In this document: piece after piece, positions 17,814-26,341 of the stretch
Layout of the letters: each line of letters starts with the position of its first letter
How positions within the stretch are numbered: position 1 is the stretch's first letter
Virus record (IMG/VR): IMGVR_UViG_3300042892_004104
Direction: 5' to 3' (one strand)
DNA: 26,915 bases
Source: a virus
Lineage: Duplodnaviria; Heunggongvirae; Uroviricota; Caudoviricetes
Program-made: the position numbers and the translations under genes
Notes under the pieces: model-generated
The model's input: only the letters and a program-made list of their open reading frames with translations
Databases searched by the model: none
What the model was told of the DNA's origin: nothing

Positions 17814-18323
17814 ATGACCAAAAAACTTGAAGAACTTTTTGACTTGCCATCAAGTGACGATGATCAGGACACAGAATCAGCACTGCCCACCACTCGTGAA
17901 ACGCTACAAGCCCTAGACGAAGCCATTGACAAAGTGGATGCTGCACTGCCTGCAGTGCGGGGACTAGATGCCACAGATGTTGAAATGGATGAGCTAAGTG
18001 ACATGGCCAAAGGCAGCTACAAAGATCTCATGGATCTTGGCATGCAAGTAGACAGCCGCTTTGCCAGCGAAATCTTTGGGGTAGCCAGCAACATGCTGGG
18101 CCATGCTATCACTGCCAAAACAGCCAAGCTGGACAAAAAACTCAAGATGATTGACCTGCAGATGAAAAAACTGCGTCTAGATCAGCAACAGCAAATAATT
18201 GACGACAAAAACGCCGAAGCAGGCACCGGGCCTGCTGTGCAACCAGGCACAGGAGTTGTGCTGAGCCGCAACGATTTGCTGAATCGCATTCTTGGTAAAG
18301 ATCAAATTGCTGAAAAAGAATAA
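17814..18323 (+). CDS. Probable terminase small subunit (T4 gp16-like), 169 aa
   Basis: Helical acidic protein: N-terminal KKLEELFDL, central SRFASEIFGVASNML, a coiled coil and C-terminal SRNDLL. Size and layout match gp16. Confidence 0.6.
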   Translation: MTKKLEELFDLPSSDDDQDTESALPTTRETLQALDEAIDKVDAALPAVRGLDATDVEMDELSDMAKGSYKDLMDLGMQVDSRFASEIFGVASNMLGHAITAKTAKLDKKLKMIDLQMKKLRLDQQQQIIDDKNAEAGTGPAVQPGTGVVLSRNDLLNRILGKDQIAEKE

Positions 18324-18326
18324 ATA
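18321..18326 (+). promoter_or_regulatory. Late promoter core TAAATA overlapping the upstream stop codon
   Basis: AATAAATA, followed by an AGGA SD and ATG at 18344. Confidence 0.55.
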
Positions 18327-18343
18327 TACGATAGGATACTGAT

Positions 18344-18949
18344 ATGAATACACTTGCAAAATACCTTGCCGAAAGCGAACGCACATACAACTACCGCATC
18401 AAGGTGGTGGGCGACGTGCCCGCAGGCTTTTTCAAAGAGCTCAAAAACAAATGTGCTCAGTTTGACATTGCCAAGATGTCTGACCCAAAAACCGCACCAG
18501 TGCGCAAGCAAATTCCGGACTTTCCGGCGTTCCCTAATCAATCAATGACCATTGTGGATGTGGAATTCAAGTACCCAGCCATTGAGCCACAGATCAAACA
18601 ACTGGCACAAATACTAGGACTTGATCCAAATCGTATTGTGATGATGGCCACTCCATACGAAGAAAGTCTCGACATCGAGAGCAAAAAAATTGAAGATCAA
18701 AACAAAGATTTGTTAGATAGCCCATACCCTGCGCCAGATGCCGAACAACGAGCACTCAAGAAAGACTATGCAACTGGTCCATATGATCATGCTGTGTTGA
18801 AGAACGCATATCGCAGTAGTTTCACCATTGCCGGAGAGAAAACCCCGGCTGCCAAAACCACAAATGAATTGCCAGTGGGTGTCAAGAGTCCCATGACCAA
18901 TATCAAACGTCAACCCAAGCCAGCCACTGGCGCAAACCCAAGAGGATAA
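18344..18949 (+). CDS. Hypothetical protein, probably head-internal, 201 aa
   Basis: N-terminus MNTLAKYLAE resembles a T4 capsid targeting leader, and the gene follows a late promoter. Confidence 0.7.
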   Translation: MNTLAKYLAESERTYNYRIKVVGDVPAGFFKELKNKCAQFDIAKMSDPKTAPVRKQIPDFPAFPNQSMTIVDVEFKYPAIEPQIKQLAQILGLDPNRIVMMATPYEESLDIESKKIEDQNKDLLDSPYPAPDAEQRALKKDYATGPYDHAVLKNAYRSSFTIAGEKTPAAKTTNELPVGVKSPMTNIKRQPKPATGANPRG

Positions 18950-18954
18950 TCCCC

Positions 18955-21471
18955 ATGACATTTTTTTACGATCTAAACAAAAAGCTAGATGGCATCCGTG
19001 CCACACCCGAAGTCACACACAAGCAGTTGAATGAGCGTGACATGAGTCGTGCTGCCAAAGGCTATGAAAAGTACGGCAAACAAGGTATGGAAGCATTGGC
19101 CAAGGCAGGCCGTGATGGTAAAGATCTTGACCCAGTTCGCGACAAATACAACAAGTATGACGAAAGTGTAGCAGAAGGTTCCACTGGCGATTACTCGGCT
19201 AAAAAAGCTCGTGCCGGCAAAGACATTGGTAAGCCAGGCAAGAACTTTGAAAAAATTGCCAAGAGTGCAGCAGAGCGTTATGGTTCAAAAGAACGCGGTG
19301 AAAAAGTTGCTGGTGCCGTACTGAATAAATTGCGTCATCCAAAGGAAGATGTTGAAGAAGGAACGCACACACAACATGCCATGGATCTAAATCCTGACAT
19401 GGGTCGTCCTCCCAAGCAAGGCATCTTGGGTAAAATTGGTTCTGGTATCAAGAAAGCAGTTGATGTACTTGCCCCTGGCGATGAAGAATTACTACGCCGT
19501 CTAGAAAAAAGTTCTGGTGGAAGCCGTCCTCCAATGGCCAAAGAAGCAATGAGTCCAGCTAGACAAAAGAGCTTCGCTGCTTTAGCTCCTCCTACAGACA
19601 AGATCACTTTTGCTGACAAAATTGCTGGAGCCAAAAAAGAAGTAGACGAAATGCTGGGTGACGTTGCTGCTGAAGCAATGAAAAAAGCCATCGGTGGCGG
19701 TCGTGGGCGTAATTCTGAAATGAACGAAACGCAAGGTGCAACTACCTATACCGTTGCTTATAAAGATCCTAGCAAGCCGGGCAAGTCATACAGTACTCAA
19801 GTCAAGGCCACTAGTGCAGCAGAAGCAAAAGCAGCATTCCAAGAATGGGACACCACAAGTCGTTTCACTTACCTGGGTTCCAGACCCGATGTTGACACAG
19901 TTCATGAAGCCAGCACTGACAATGCGTTTGACTACAAAAATCGCAGAGAACCAGAAGCACAAAAATCTGCCAGCCGCATTCACAAAGGCACGTACGGTAC
20001 TGAATATGATGGTAATCGAGATGATGCCAAAGCAATTGCTGCCAAGAAAAAAGCCGCAGCAGCAGCTGGACAAGGTTCACGTGGTCGTGGCCGCCCCAAG
20101 AAAAATGCTGACAGCGACACAGGTCAAGTCATGAAACCTGACTTTTCAGCATTTGGTGTTGGTGGCAAAGTAAACCTACCCAAGCACAAAGGTGCTGTGA
20201 CCCGACACAAAATGAGTGACAAAGAGCCTGGCAAAAAAGTCAAAGAAGGTTCTGACCATGGGCAAGCACAACAAATTTATAACGACCTTGCTGATATTCG
20301 TGCAGTAGCAAAGCAAGCACAACGTGGTGGTGAATTCCCACAAGGATTTGCTAGTCGTTTAGAATCTGTGCTGTATGCAGCAATGACCTTGATTAAAAAT
20401 CAACAGTCAGGTGACGCACAAGTTAGCGAAGAAGAGCTTGATGAAAAAGCAGTAAGCAAAAAGCAACAAAAGTTCATGGGCATGGTTCATGCTGCACAAA
20501 AAGGCGAAAAGCCTGCTAGTGGAGCAGTTGCCAAAGTAGCAAAAGAAATGCCTAAAAAAGCAGCCAAAGACTTTGCTGCAACAAAGCACAAAGGCCTGCC
20601 AGAAAAAGCAGAAGAATCAGACAGTCCCACTGACAGCAGCAAAAAAGTCAGCAAACGCAGTGCCAAGTCAGAAGAAAAAGTTGATGAAACCACAGTGAGT
20701 GGCAGCGTGGCAACAGCACCTGCTGCAGGCGGCAAAAAATCCAGTGGTGGATTTACGTTTGGTGGCGGCATCTATGACAGCATGAACCGTAACTTGGAAA
20801 ACATGATCTCTGAAAGCATGAGTCGCCTGGACGAAAGCATGAGCATGAATATGAGTCTGAACGCAGACGCACAAGACGGCCAAGGCAAGAGCCTGACCAT
20901 CACAGCCACTGGAGACGATGCAGACAAACTGGCCATGATGTTGAAAATGGCTGGCATGGGCAGCGACCACGATCATGATCAGGCCTACAGTCAAGCACCT
21001 GACATGGTGGATGAAAACAAGCCAGATTATCCTACCAATACTGAAACCAGCAATGACGCATTTCAATACTCAGGTGGCCTGAACAAACCTAAGTCAACTG
21101 GACAGACCACAATTCCTGTGATTGCCAGCCAAGAAGAACGTCAGTACACCAACGAAGGTCAAGGACCAAGTGACGCAGAACGATTGGATCATTATCATGA
21201 CCTAAAAGCAGGCGGCATGGATCCTGATGAAGCTGAGGAAGAAGCATACGGCACAGATGACTGGTACAATGACATGAACGAACAAGATCCCATTGCTAGA
21301 ATGATGGAAATGGCCGGCGTCAAGAAAAAGAAGCCTGATTTCCTGGACGTTGACAAAGATGGTGACAAAAAAGAACTGTTCAAAAAAGCAGTCAGCGACA
21401 AAGAAAAGCAAGTTGACGAAAGCATTTTTGCAATGACAGCAAACTTGTGGAAATCATACAAAGGACAATAA
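18955..21471 (+). CDS. Large charged low-complexity protein, probable internal head protein or polyprotein, 838 aa
   Basis: Lys/Glu/Ala/Gly-rich with many hydrophobic-x-E sites. Contains an AT-hook-like RGRGRPKK, a DUF3008-like KAVSKKQQKFMG...FAATKHKGLPEK and a DxDxDG motif. Confidence 0.75.
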   Translation: MTFFYDLNKKLDGIRATPEVTHKQLNERDMSRAAKGYEKYGKQGMEALAKAGRDGKDLDPVRDKYNKYDESVAEGSTGDYSAKKARAGKDIGKPGKNFEKIAKSAAERYGSKERGEKVAGAVLNKLRHPKEDVEEGTHTQHAMDLNPDMGRPPKQGILGKIGSGIKKAVDVLAPGDEELLRRLEKSSGGSRPPMAKEAMSPARQKSFAALAPPTDKITFADKIAGAKKEVDEMLGDVAAEAMKKAIGGGRGRNSEMNETQGATTYTVAYKDPSKPGKSYSTQVKATSAAEAKAAFQEWDTTSRFTYLGSRPDVDTVHEASTDNAFDYKNRREPEAQKSASRIHKGTYGTEYDGNRDDAKAIAAKKKAAAAAGQGSRGRGRPKKNADSDTGQVMKPDFSAFGVGGKVNLPKHKGAVTRHKMSDKEPGKKVKEGSDHGQAQQIYNDLADIRAVAKQAQRGGEFPQGFASRLESVLYAAMTLIKNQQSGDAQVSEEELDEKAVSKKQQKFMGMVHAAQKGEKPASGAVAKVAKEMPKKAAKDFAATKHKGLPEKAEESDSPTDSSKKVSKRSAKSEEKVDETTVSGSVATAPAAGGKKSSGGFTFGGGIYDSMNRNLENMISESMSRLDESMSMNMSLNADAQDGQGKSLTITATGDDADKLAMMLKMAGMGSDHDHDQAYSQAPDMVDENKPDYPTNTETSNDAFQYSGGLNKPKSTGQTTIPVIASQEERQYTNEGQGPSDAERLDHYHDLKAGGMDPDEAEEEAYGTDDWYNDMNEQDPIARMMEMAGVKKKKPDFLDVDKDGDKKELFKKAVSDKEKQVDESIFAMTANLWKSYKGQ

Positions 21472-23078
21472 TGAAAAGCCTACGCGATTATCTTGAAGAA
21501 TCCGAACACGCTGCCTCTAATCCTGTGGAGGGCGACATGTTTGCCATTAACATTCGTGAAGAATGCCTGATTGAAAGCGTGGTGGTAGAAAGCCGCAGCG
21601 ACGGTGTGGTGATTGCTGCGGATGATCGCATGATCGAGTTGCTGGAAAGCTACGGCTACACATTTGAAGAAACCTGTATGGAGTGCGGCGGCTCAGGCTG
21701 TGGCTGCGGTAGTACAGAACAACACAGCAATGCTGCAGATCAAGATCCTGGTGAGTATGATCAAGAAGGTTCCATGGCCAAAGACGATCTCAACACCATT
21801 GTGACTGCTGCTCGCCGACTCATGGACCTACTGGGCAACAACGACAACATGCCTGAGTGGACTCAGAGCAAGATTGATCGTGCTGCTGACTATGTGGACA
21901 CTGCTGCTGACTATATTGCCAGCAAGAAAACTAGTGGCGTTATGGAAGGCGACAGCGAGTCCAATCCTGTGGCTCGTGCTATCCTGCACCGTATCATGAT
22001 GCAACACACTGGCATGCTGGCCCAGTACGGTCCTGAACAAGTGATGAATGCTGTGGATGAAGTTGCTGACCGCGTGAACATAGGTCCTGATGATGAAATT
22101 GGCTCCAGCGATGTGAGTGGCTATGTGCGTCAAGTGCAGCAGATGCTGGACAGCCCGCGTGAGCAAGATGTGGCGGAAGAAGCCTACAGATACGGAGCTG
22201 GCGGTGAGTGGGACAAACGCAATATGAAAGCCAAGAATCCCGAAATCGAGCGCGATTTAAAAGCCTTTAAGGTCTGGATTAATGGCGGGCCGTCAACGAC
22301 ACTCGGACCTGGCGGCCTGACCAGCATTATAGATGGTGTGCAAACTTATTTTGAACGCATTAACCCAACTGATGATGCTGCTGTTGCAAAAATACTACAG
22401 AGCATTTTTAAATCAACTATTGGACAGCTCAGAACAATAAAACCCCCACCAATGTGGGCGCAATATTTAAATCCAGTATTGGATGCAGCCATTAAGGAAC
22501 CGATGAATCAAGGTAACCCTGCAGCACCTGCTGCTCGCACTGCGCCAGCTTTGGGAGAGCCGCCTGCAGCACCTGCTGCACCTGCAGCACCTGCAGCACC
22601 TGCAGCACCTGCTGCACCTGCTGGCAAAAGATTTAATACAGCAAATGCCACAACGGTCACACCGAGGCCAGTTACCCCAGTGGCCCCTGCAAGAATTGCT
22701 GCTCCAATGATGCGGTTGCGTGAAGCAAACCAAGGTGTAGCCGAAGGTGGCTTCAACGACGACGGCAGTTACAACACCAGCGACGACGAAGCAACTGACT
22801 TTGACGAATACGATTTTGATGATACAGAATTAGGCGAAGCCGAATACCAAGGCCGCAAAGTGCAGCTGGGCAAACCCATGCAAGGCGACGTGGCCAAAAG
22901 CAAAGTGTATGTAAAGGATCCCAAGACCGGCAACGTGAAAAAAGTCAACTTTGGTGATCCCAACATGACAATCAAGAAATCAAATCCAGCTCGACGCAGA
23001 AGCTTTAGAGCCCGTCACAACTGCGACAATCCAGGACCCCGGACATCTGCTCGTTATTGGTCATGCCGCGCCTGGTAA
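21471..23078 (+). CDS. Modular probable internal head protein (~535 aa) with a basic C-terminal domain
   Basis: ATG at 21471 overlaps the upstream TAA and follows AAGGA. Leader is MKSLRDYLEE. The C-terminal VNFGDPNM...RRSFRARHNC...SARYWSC domain is recalled from other large phages. Confidence 0.75.
   Translation: MKSLRDYLEESEHAASNPVEGDMFAINIREECLIESVVVESRSDGVVIAADDRMIELLESYGYTFEETCMECGGSGCGCGSTEQHSNAADQDPGEYDQEGSMAKDDLNTIVTAARRLMDLLGNNDNMPEWTQSKIDRAADYVDTAADYIASKKTSGVMEGDSESNPVARAILHRIMMQHTGMLAQYGPEQVMNAVDEVADRVNIGPDDEIGSSDVSGYVRQVQQMLDSPREQDVAEEAYRYGAGGEWDKRNMKAKNPEIERDLKAFKVWINGGPSTTLGPGGLTSIIDGVQTYFERINPTDDAAVAKILQSIFKSTIGQLRTIKPPPMWAQYLNPVLDAAIKEPMNQGNPAAPAARTAPALGEPPAAPAAPAAPAAPAAPAAPAGKRFNTANATTVTPRPVTPVAPARIAAPMMRLREANQGVAEGGFNDDGSYNTSDDEATDFDEYDFDDTELGEAEYQGRKVQLGKPMQGDVAKSKVYVKDPKTGNVKKVNFGDPNMTIKKSNPARRRSFRARHNCDNPGPRTSARYWSCRAW
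22563..22622 (+). repeat. 9 bp tandem repeat CCTGC(A/T)GCA, about 6.7 copies, encoding (PAA)n
   Basis: Read directly from the sequence. Confidence 0.95.
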
Positions 23079-23096
23079 TATTATAAAGGAAACACA

Positions 23097-23264
23097 ATGT
23101 ACAAACCTCTAAACGAAAACTTAACAACTCCTCCTGTGCTGAATCCGCACAGTCCAGCCACTCAGGGCTACAAGCAACAACCTGTTGACATTCCCGGCGT
23201 TCTGCATCAAACACGTGAGTTGTTTCAGCCAGTGATTGCAATTCCCCCTGAAGGTAGCAAATAA
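23097..23264 (+). CDS. Small Pro-rich hypothetical protein, 55 aa (absent from the ORF track)
   Basis: AAAGGA SD, ATG at 23097 (MYKPLNENLTTPPV...PPEGSK*), and a TAATG overlap with the next gene. Confidence 0.7.
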   Translation: MYKPLNENLTTPPVLNPHSPATQGYKQQPVDIPGVLHQTRELFQPVIAIPPEGSK

Positions 23265-23545
23265 TGGCTGCTGTTCAAGTTGTTAACACCGCAGGCAATG
23301 TATTATGGACAACAGACAAAGTAGAATTTAATGCTGTCACTAATGATGTTACCTATCAAGTTTTTGCCACTGCACTAGGTACTGCCAATGCAGTGGGCAA
23401 TTTATATGCCAATGTAGTTAGAGTTCCTGCTGGATCAACACACTACGTTTATGTTGGTGCAGGAAATTATCTTATCATAGTTGGAACTACATTTACTGCT
23501 CTCGCATGCGGCACAGCAAGTTCCGCACAAAACAGCGTGTTCTAA
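23264..23545 (+). CDS. Small beta-rich hypothetical (probably structural) protein, 93 aa
   Basis: Translationally coupled ORF, Val/Thr/Ala/Gly-rich. Confidence 0.7.
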   Translation: MAAVQVVNTAGNVLWTTDKVEFNAVTNDVTYQVFATALGTANAVGNLYANVVRVPAGSTHYVYVGAGNYLIIVGTTFTALACGTASSAQNSVF

Positions 23546-23547
23546 AC

Positions 23548-23913
23548 GTGCGAGCCCAGGAGTTTATTACTGAGCGTGACGGCAAGATTGGAACTCGCCG
23601 TCAAGCAGCCACACGAGGCCTAACTATTTTTGGTGATGCTGAACGTGCCAACAGTGACTACACTCTGAACCGTGTGATGATGGCAGTGGCCATGGCCGAC
23701 GGGTCAGGTGATGTATTGGACATGGATGAAAAAAGCTGGATAGGAAAAAAACGTGGTGCCTATCCCTACACCGAAATTGAGCACGAAATGCTGAAACAAG
23801 CATTTAAAGCAGCAGGTGCTGAATATACTGATTTGAATGCTGGTGACATGGATTCAGAAGAAGTTCCCAGCACCAACACTCAAAGTCCTGTCAAGGCATT
23901 CAAAGGCTACTGA
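23548..23913 (+). CDS. Hypothetical probable internal protein (~121 aa), paralogue of the next gene
   Basis: GTG at 23548 gives MRAQEFITER, matching the next gene's MRAREFIVER. It ends TQSPVKAFKGY. Confidence 0.75.
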   Translation: MRAQEFITERDGKIGTRRQAATRGLTIFGDAERANSDYTLNRVMMAVAMADGSGDVLDMDEKSWIGKKRGAYPYTEIEHEMLKQAFKAAGAEYTDLNAGDMDSEEVPSTNTQSPVKAFKGY

Positions 23914-24293
23914 TGAGAGCACGTGAGTTCATTGTGGAACGAAAAGCCTTGTCTCCTGAACAAGCAGCTCCCATGCGACACACCTATGTGATTCCTGGAC
24001 TCAGTGCCTCTGACCCCTACAACAACTATAGATTTGGTGTGGCCATGGCCAGGGCCCGCAGTGATGCAGGCACAGATGGCATCAACGCCAAGATTCCTGC
24101 CTGGGACTCAGAAACAACATTTGGCGAGCACGGGGTCGTTGTTGGCATGAATGCAGGTATTGCTCAAGTGATTGATACTGCACTGACCATGACCAAAACA
24201 CCTGGCGGCAAAAAACTAGTAGGCACAGCCAACAGTCAGGAACCCAGATTTGTTGATACCCAAAGTCCAGTCAAGCCCTTTGCAGGATATTGA
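23913..24293 (+). CDS. Hypothetical probable internal protein, 126 aa
   Basis: TGATG coupling, starts MRAREFIVER and ends TQSPVKPFAGY. Confidence 0.75.
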   Translation: MRAREFIVERKALSPEQAAPMRHTYVIPGLSASDPYNNYRFGVAMARARSDAGTDGINAKIPAWDSETTFGEHGVVVGMNAGIAQVIDTALTMTKTPGGKKLVGTANSQEPRFVDTQSPVKPFAGY

Positions 24294-24300
24294 TCTTGAC

Positions 24301-24306
24301 TAAATA
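24301..24306 (+). promoter_or_regulatory. Late promoter core (C)TAAATA
   Basis: Intergenic, followed by an AAGGA SD and ATG at 24330. Confidence 0.65.
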
Positions 24307-24329
24307 TTACCAAGAACACAAGGATTATT

Positions 24330-24689
24330 ATGAGAGCCTCAGAAATACTACGCCAAATGGCTGATATGATTGATTCAAAATCAATGCCACAACAGGCCAA
24401 GCCTGTTCATGCAGATCATACAGGCAATTCAGAACTGATTCCTGTGCCCACAGATACATTCTTGCCACCATTGCAGGCCAAGTACGAACTGCTAAAAAAA
24501 GCAGTGGGTGTAGACAACACGTTTGATGAGAATGTGGGCCAGGTGTCTGAAGATCCCGAAGCGTCAAATCACAAAGTCACTCCCATGAGCTCTGAAGAGT
24601 CCAGTGCGTTAGAACGCATGAAAAAAGCTGCGGGTGTGAATGCATTTATCACAAGCGAATTAAGCGACGACGAGCCGCTGGAAAATTAA
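24330..24689 (+). CDS. Hypothetical protein, 119 aa
   Basis: SD present. Starts MRASEIL, similar to the two preceding genes, and has an acidic C-terminus. Confidence 0.7.
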   Translation: MRASEILRQMADMIDSKSMPQQAKPVHADHTGNSELIPVPTDTFLPPLQAKYELLKKAVGVDNTFDENVGQVSEDPEASNHKVTPMSSEESSALERMKKAAGVNAFITSELSDDEPLEN

Positions 24690-24699
24690 GGAGTCTGCA

Positions 24700-26322
24700 A
24701 TGAGTTTCATTCAGAATCTTTTTACCAGCAGAGACAACAATGCCAATGCTGAAACCTATGTGGGTCAACAGGATCGATTGTGGTACAGCCCTAACACCAA
24801 TGCAATATATGTAAACTCAGCCAATGTGGCAGGCGGCACACCAGTGACATTGCCAGCCACGGCCAACCTTGTGATAAACACAATCACTGCTAACTCGGGC
24901 AACATAACAGGCAATTTGATTGTGAGTGGAAATATCTCACCAGCAAGCAATGTCAAAATTGGCGGCGTCCGAGCCGGGCCCGGGGCCAACATTTCAAATG
25001 ATGGCCTACTTACCATAGACACCGCGGGTCTTCCATTTAGTTTTGGTGACTTTACTGCAAATGCTAATTTGTTGACCCTGGTTAATGTGGATCAAAACAT
25101 GGTGCTGGCCACCCAGGGCAATGCCGAAGTGCAGCTGGTGGGCAACATTGGATTTTACAAAGTTGATGGGTTCCCGCCTAATATCAGCAACAGATACGCC
25201 AGTTTCAGTGACGTTGGCATAGTTGAAATTAAAGTAACTGCAACTGGCAATACTGGGGCAGTCAACATTATTGGCAGCTCCAGTGGTACCGAAATCCCGC
25301 CCGGGCAACCTGGTACCATGCTGCATATCACTGGACAACTAGATACGCCTTGTCGCTTGTACTATGACGGCAACAGTGACTATGTGAGTATGGTAGCAAG
25401 GCGATTTAACGGCAATGTTGATGTTCCTACTCAGGTGCTGGCCAATGAAGATGTACTACGTATTAATTCTACAGCAGCCACTAATGCAGGAGTAGGCAAT
25501 GTGGGCATGGCTCAGATTCGCACAACAGCCTTGGAAAATCAAACTACCACAGCTCAAGGCAGCTCAATCACATTTACTGTTACTCCCATTGGATCACCGG
25601 CAAACGCTAGAGTAGATGTTGCAAATGTCACTGTGGCCAACGGCATCACAGCTACCAAGTTTACCACAGCAGGAACAGTGATTGCCACGGGCAATATCAC
25701 AGGTGGTAATATTCTAACCGCAGGGTTGATTAGTTCAACAGGTAATATCACAGGTGGTAATATTCTTGGTGGAGCCAATGTCAATGCTACGTTGTTTACC
25801 GGTACAACCGTAAGTGTAACTGGTAATATCACAGGTGGTAATGTTCTTGGTGGAGCCAATGTCAATGCTACAACACACACAGGTGCTACAGTCAGTGTAA
25901 CTGGCAACGTCACAGGTGGTAATGTTCTAACTGCTGGGCTGATTAGTTCAACAGGTAATATCACTGGCGGCAACGTAGCAGCCATGAACTACACTGGGTT
26001 AGTTACTCACTCAATTCGTAATGCAGGTGTTGTAAGTGGCACTACATTGACATTGAATGTTACCACAGATGACATTGTTAAATGTACTTTTGCTGACAAC
26101 TTTACAATAGCATTCAGCAATATCATTGCCGGCCGCGTAGTTACACTCATAGCTACCAATACCTCTGCTGGTGATACTGACATTATCACTGCAGGTATCA
26201 GCAGTGTAAACATGCAGGGTGATTCCACACTCACAGTCACACAACAAACCACAGCAGTAATTACCTACTACAGTCTTGACGGTGACACTGCCAACATCTA
26301 TGCTTCGGCAGTTTACGCTTAA
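24700..26322 (+). CDS. Fibre-like structural protein with TGNITGGN repeats, 540 aa
   Basis: TAAGGAG SD. Asn/Thr/Gly/Val-rich, with five TGN(I/V)TGGN repeats suggestive of a beta-fibre shaft. Confidence 0.75.
   Translation: MSFIQNLFTSRDNNANAETYVGQQDRLWYSPNTNAIYVNSANVAGGTPVTLPATANLVINTITANSGNITGNLIVSGNISPASNVKIGGVRAGPGANISNDGLLTIDTAGLPFSFGDFTANANLLTLVNVDQNMVLATQGNAEVQLVGNIGFYKVDGFPPNISNRYASFSDVGIVEIKVTATGNTGAVNIIGSSSGTEIPPGQPGTMLHITGQLDTPCRLYYDGNSDYVSMVARRFNGNVDVPTQVLANEDVLRINSTAATNAGVGNVGMAQIRTTALENQTTTAQGSSITFTVTPIGSPANARVDVANVTVANGITATKFTTAGTVIATGNITGGNILTAGLISSTGNITGGNILGGANVNATLFTGTTVSVTGNITGGNVLGGANVNATTHTGATVSVTGNVTGGNVLTAGLISSTGNITGGNVAAMNYTGLVTHSIRNAGVVSGTTLTLNVTTDDIVKCTFADNFTIAFSNIIAGRVVTLIATNTSAGDTDIITAGISSVNMQGDSTLTVTQQTTAVITYYSLDGDTANIYASAVYA
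25741..25871 (+). repeat. 50 bp direct repeat (25741-25790 and 25822-25871, one mismatch, 81 bp period) inside the fibre gene
   Basis: GGTAATATCACAGGTGGTAAT(A/G)TTCTTGGTGGAGCCAATGTCAATGCTAC occurs twice. Confidence 0.9.
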
Positions 26323-26341
26323 AATTATAAAGAACTGATCA

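Noticed and set aside
22563-25975. Repeats as a CRISPR array or a diversity-generating retroelement TR/VR pair
   Set aside because: The repeats are in-frame coding units with no unique spacers. No reverse transcriptase or cas gene is present, and a single A/G mismatch is not evidence of a DGR.
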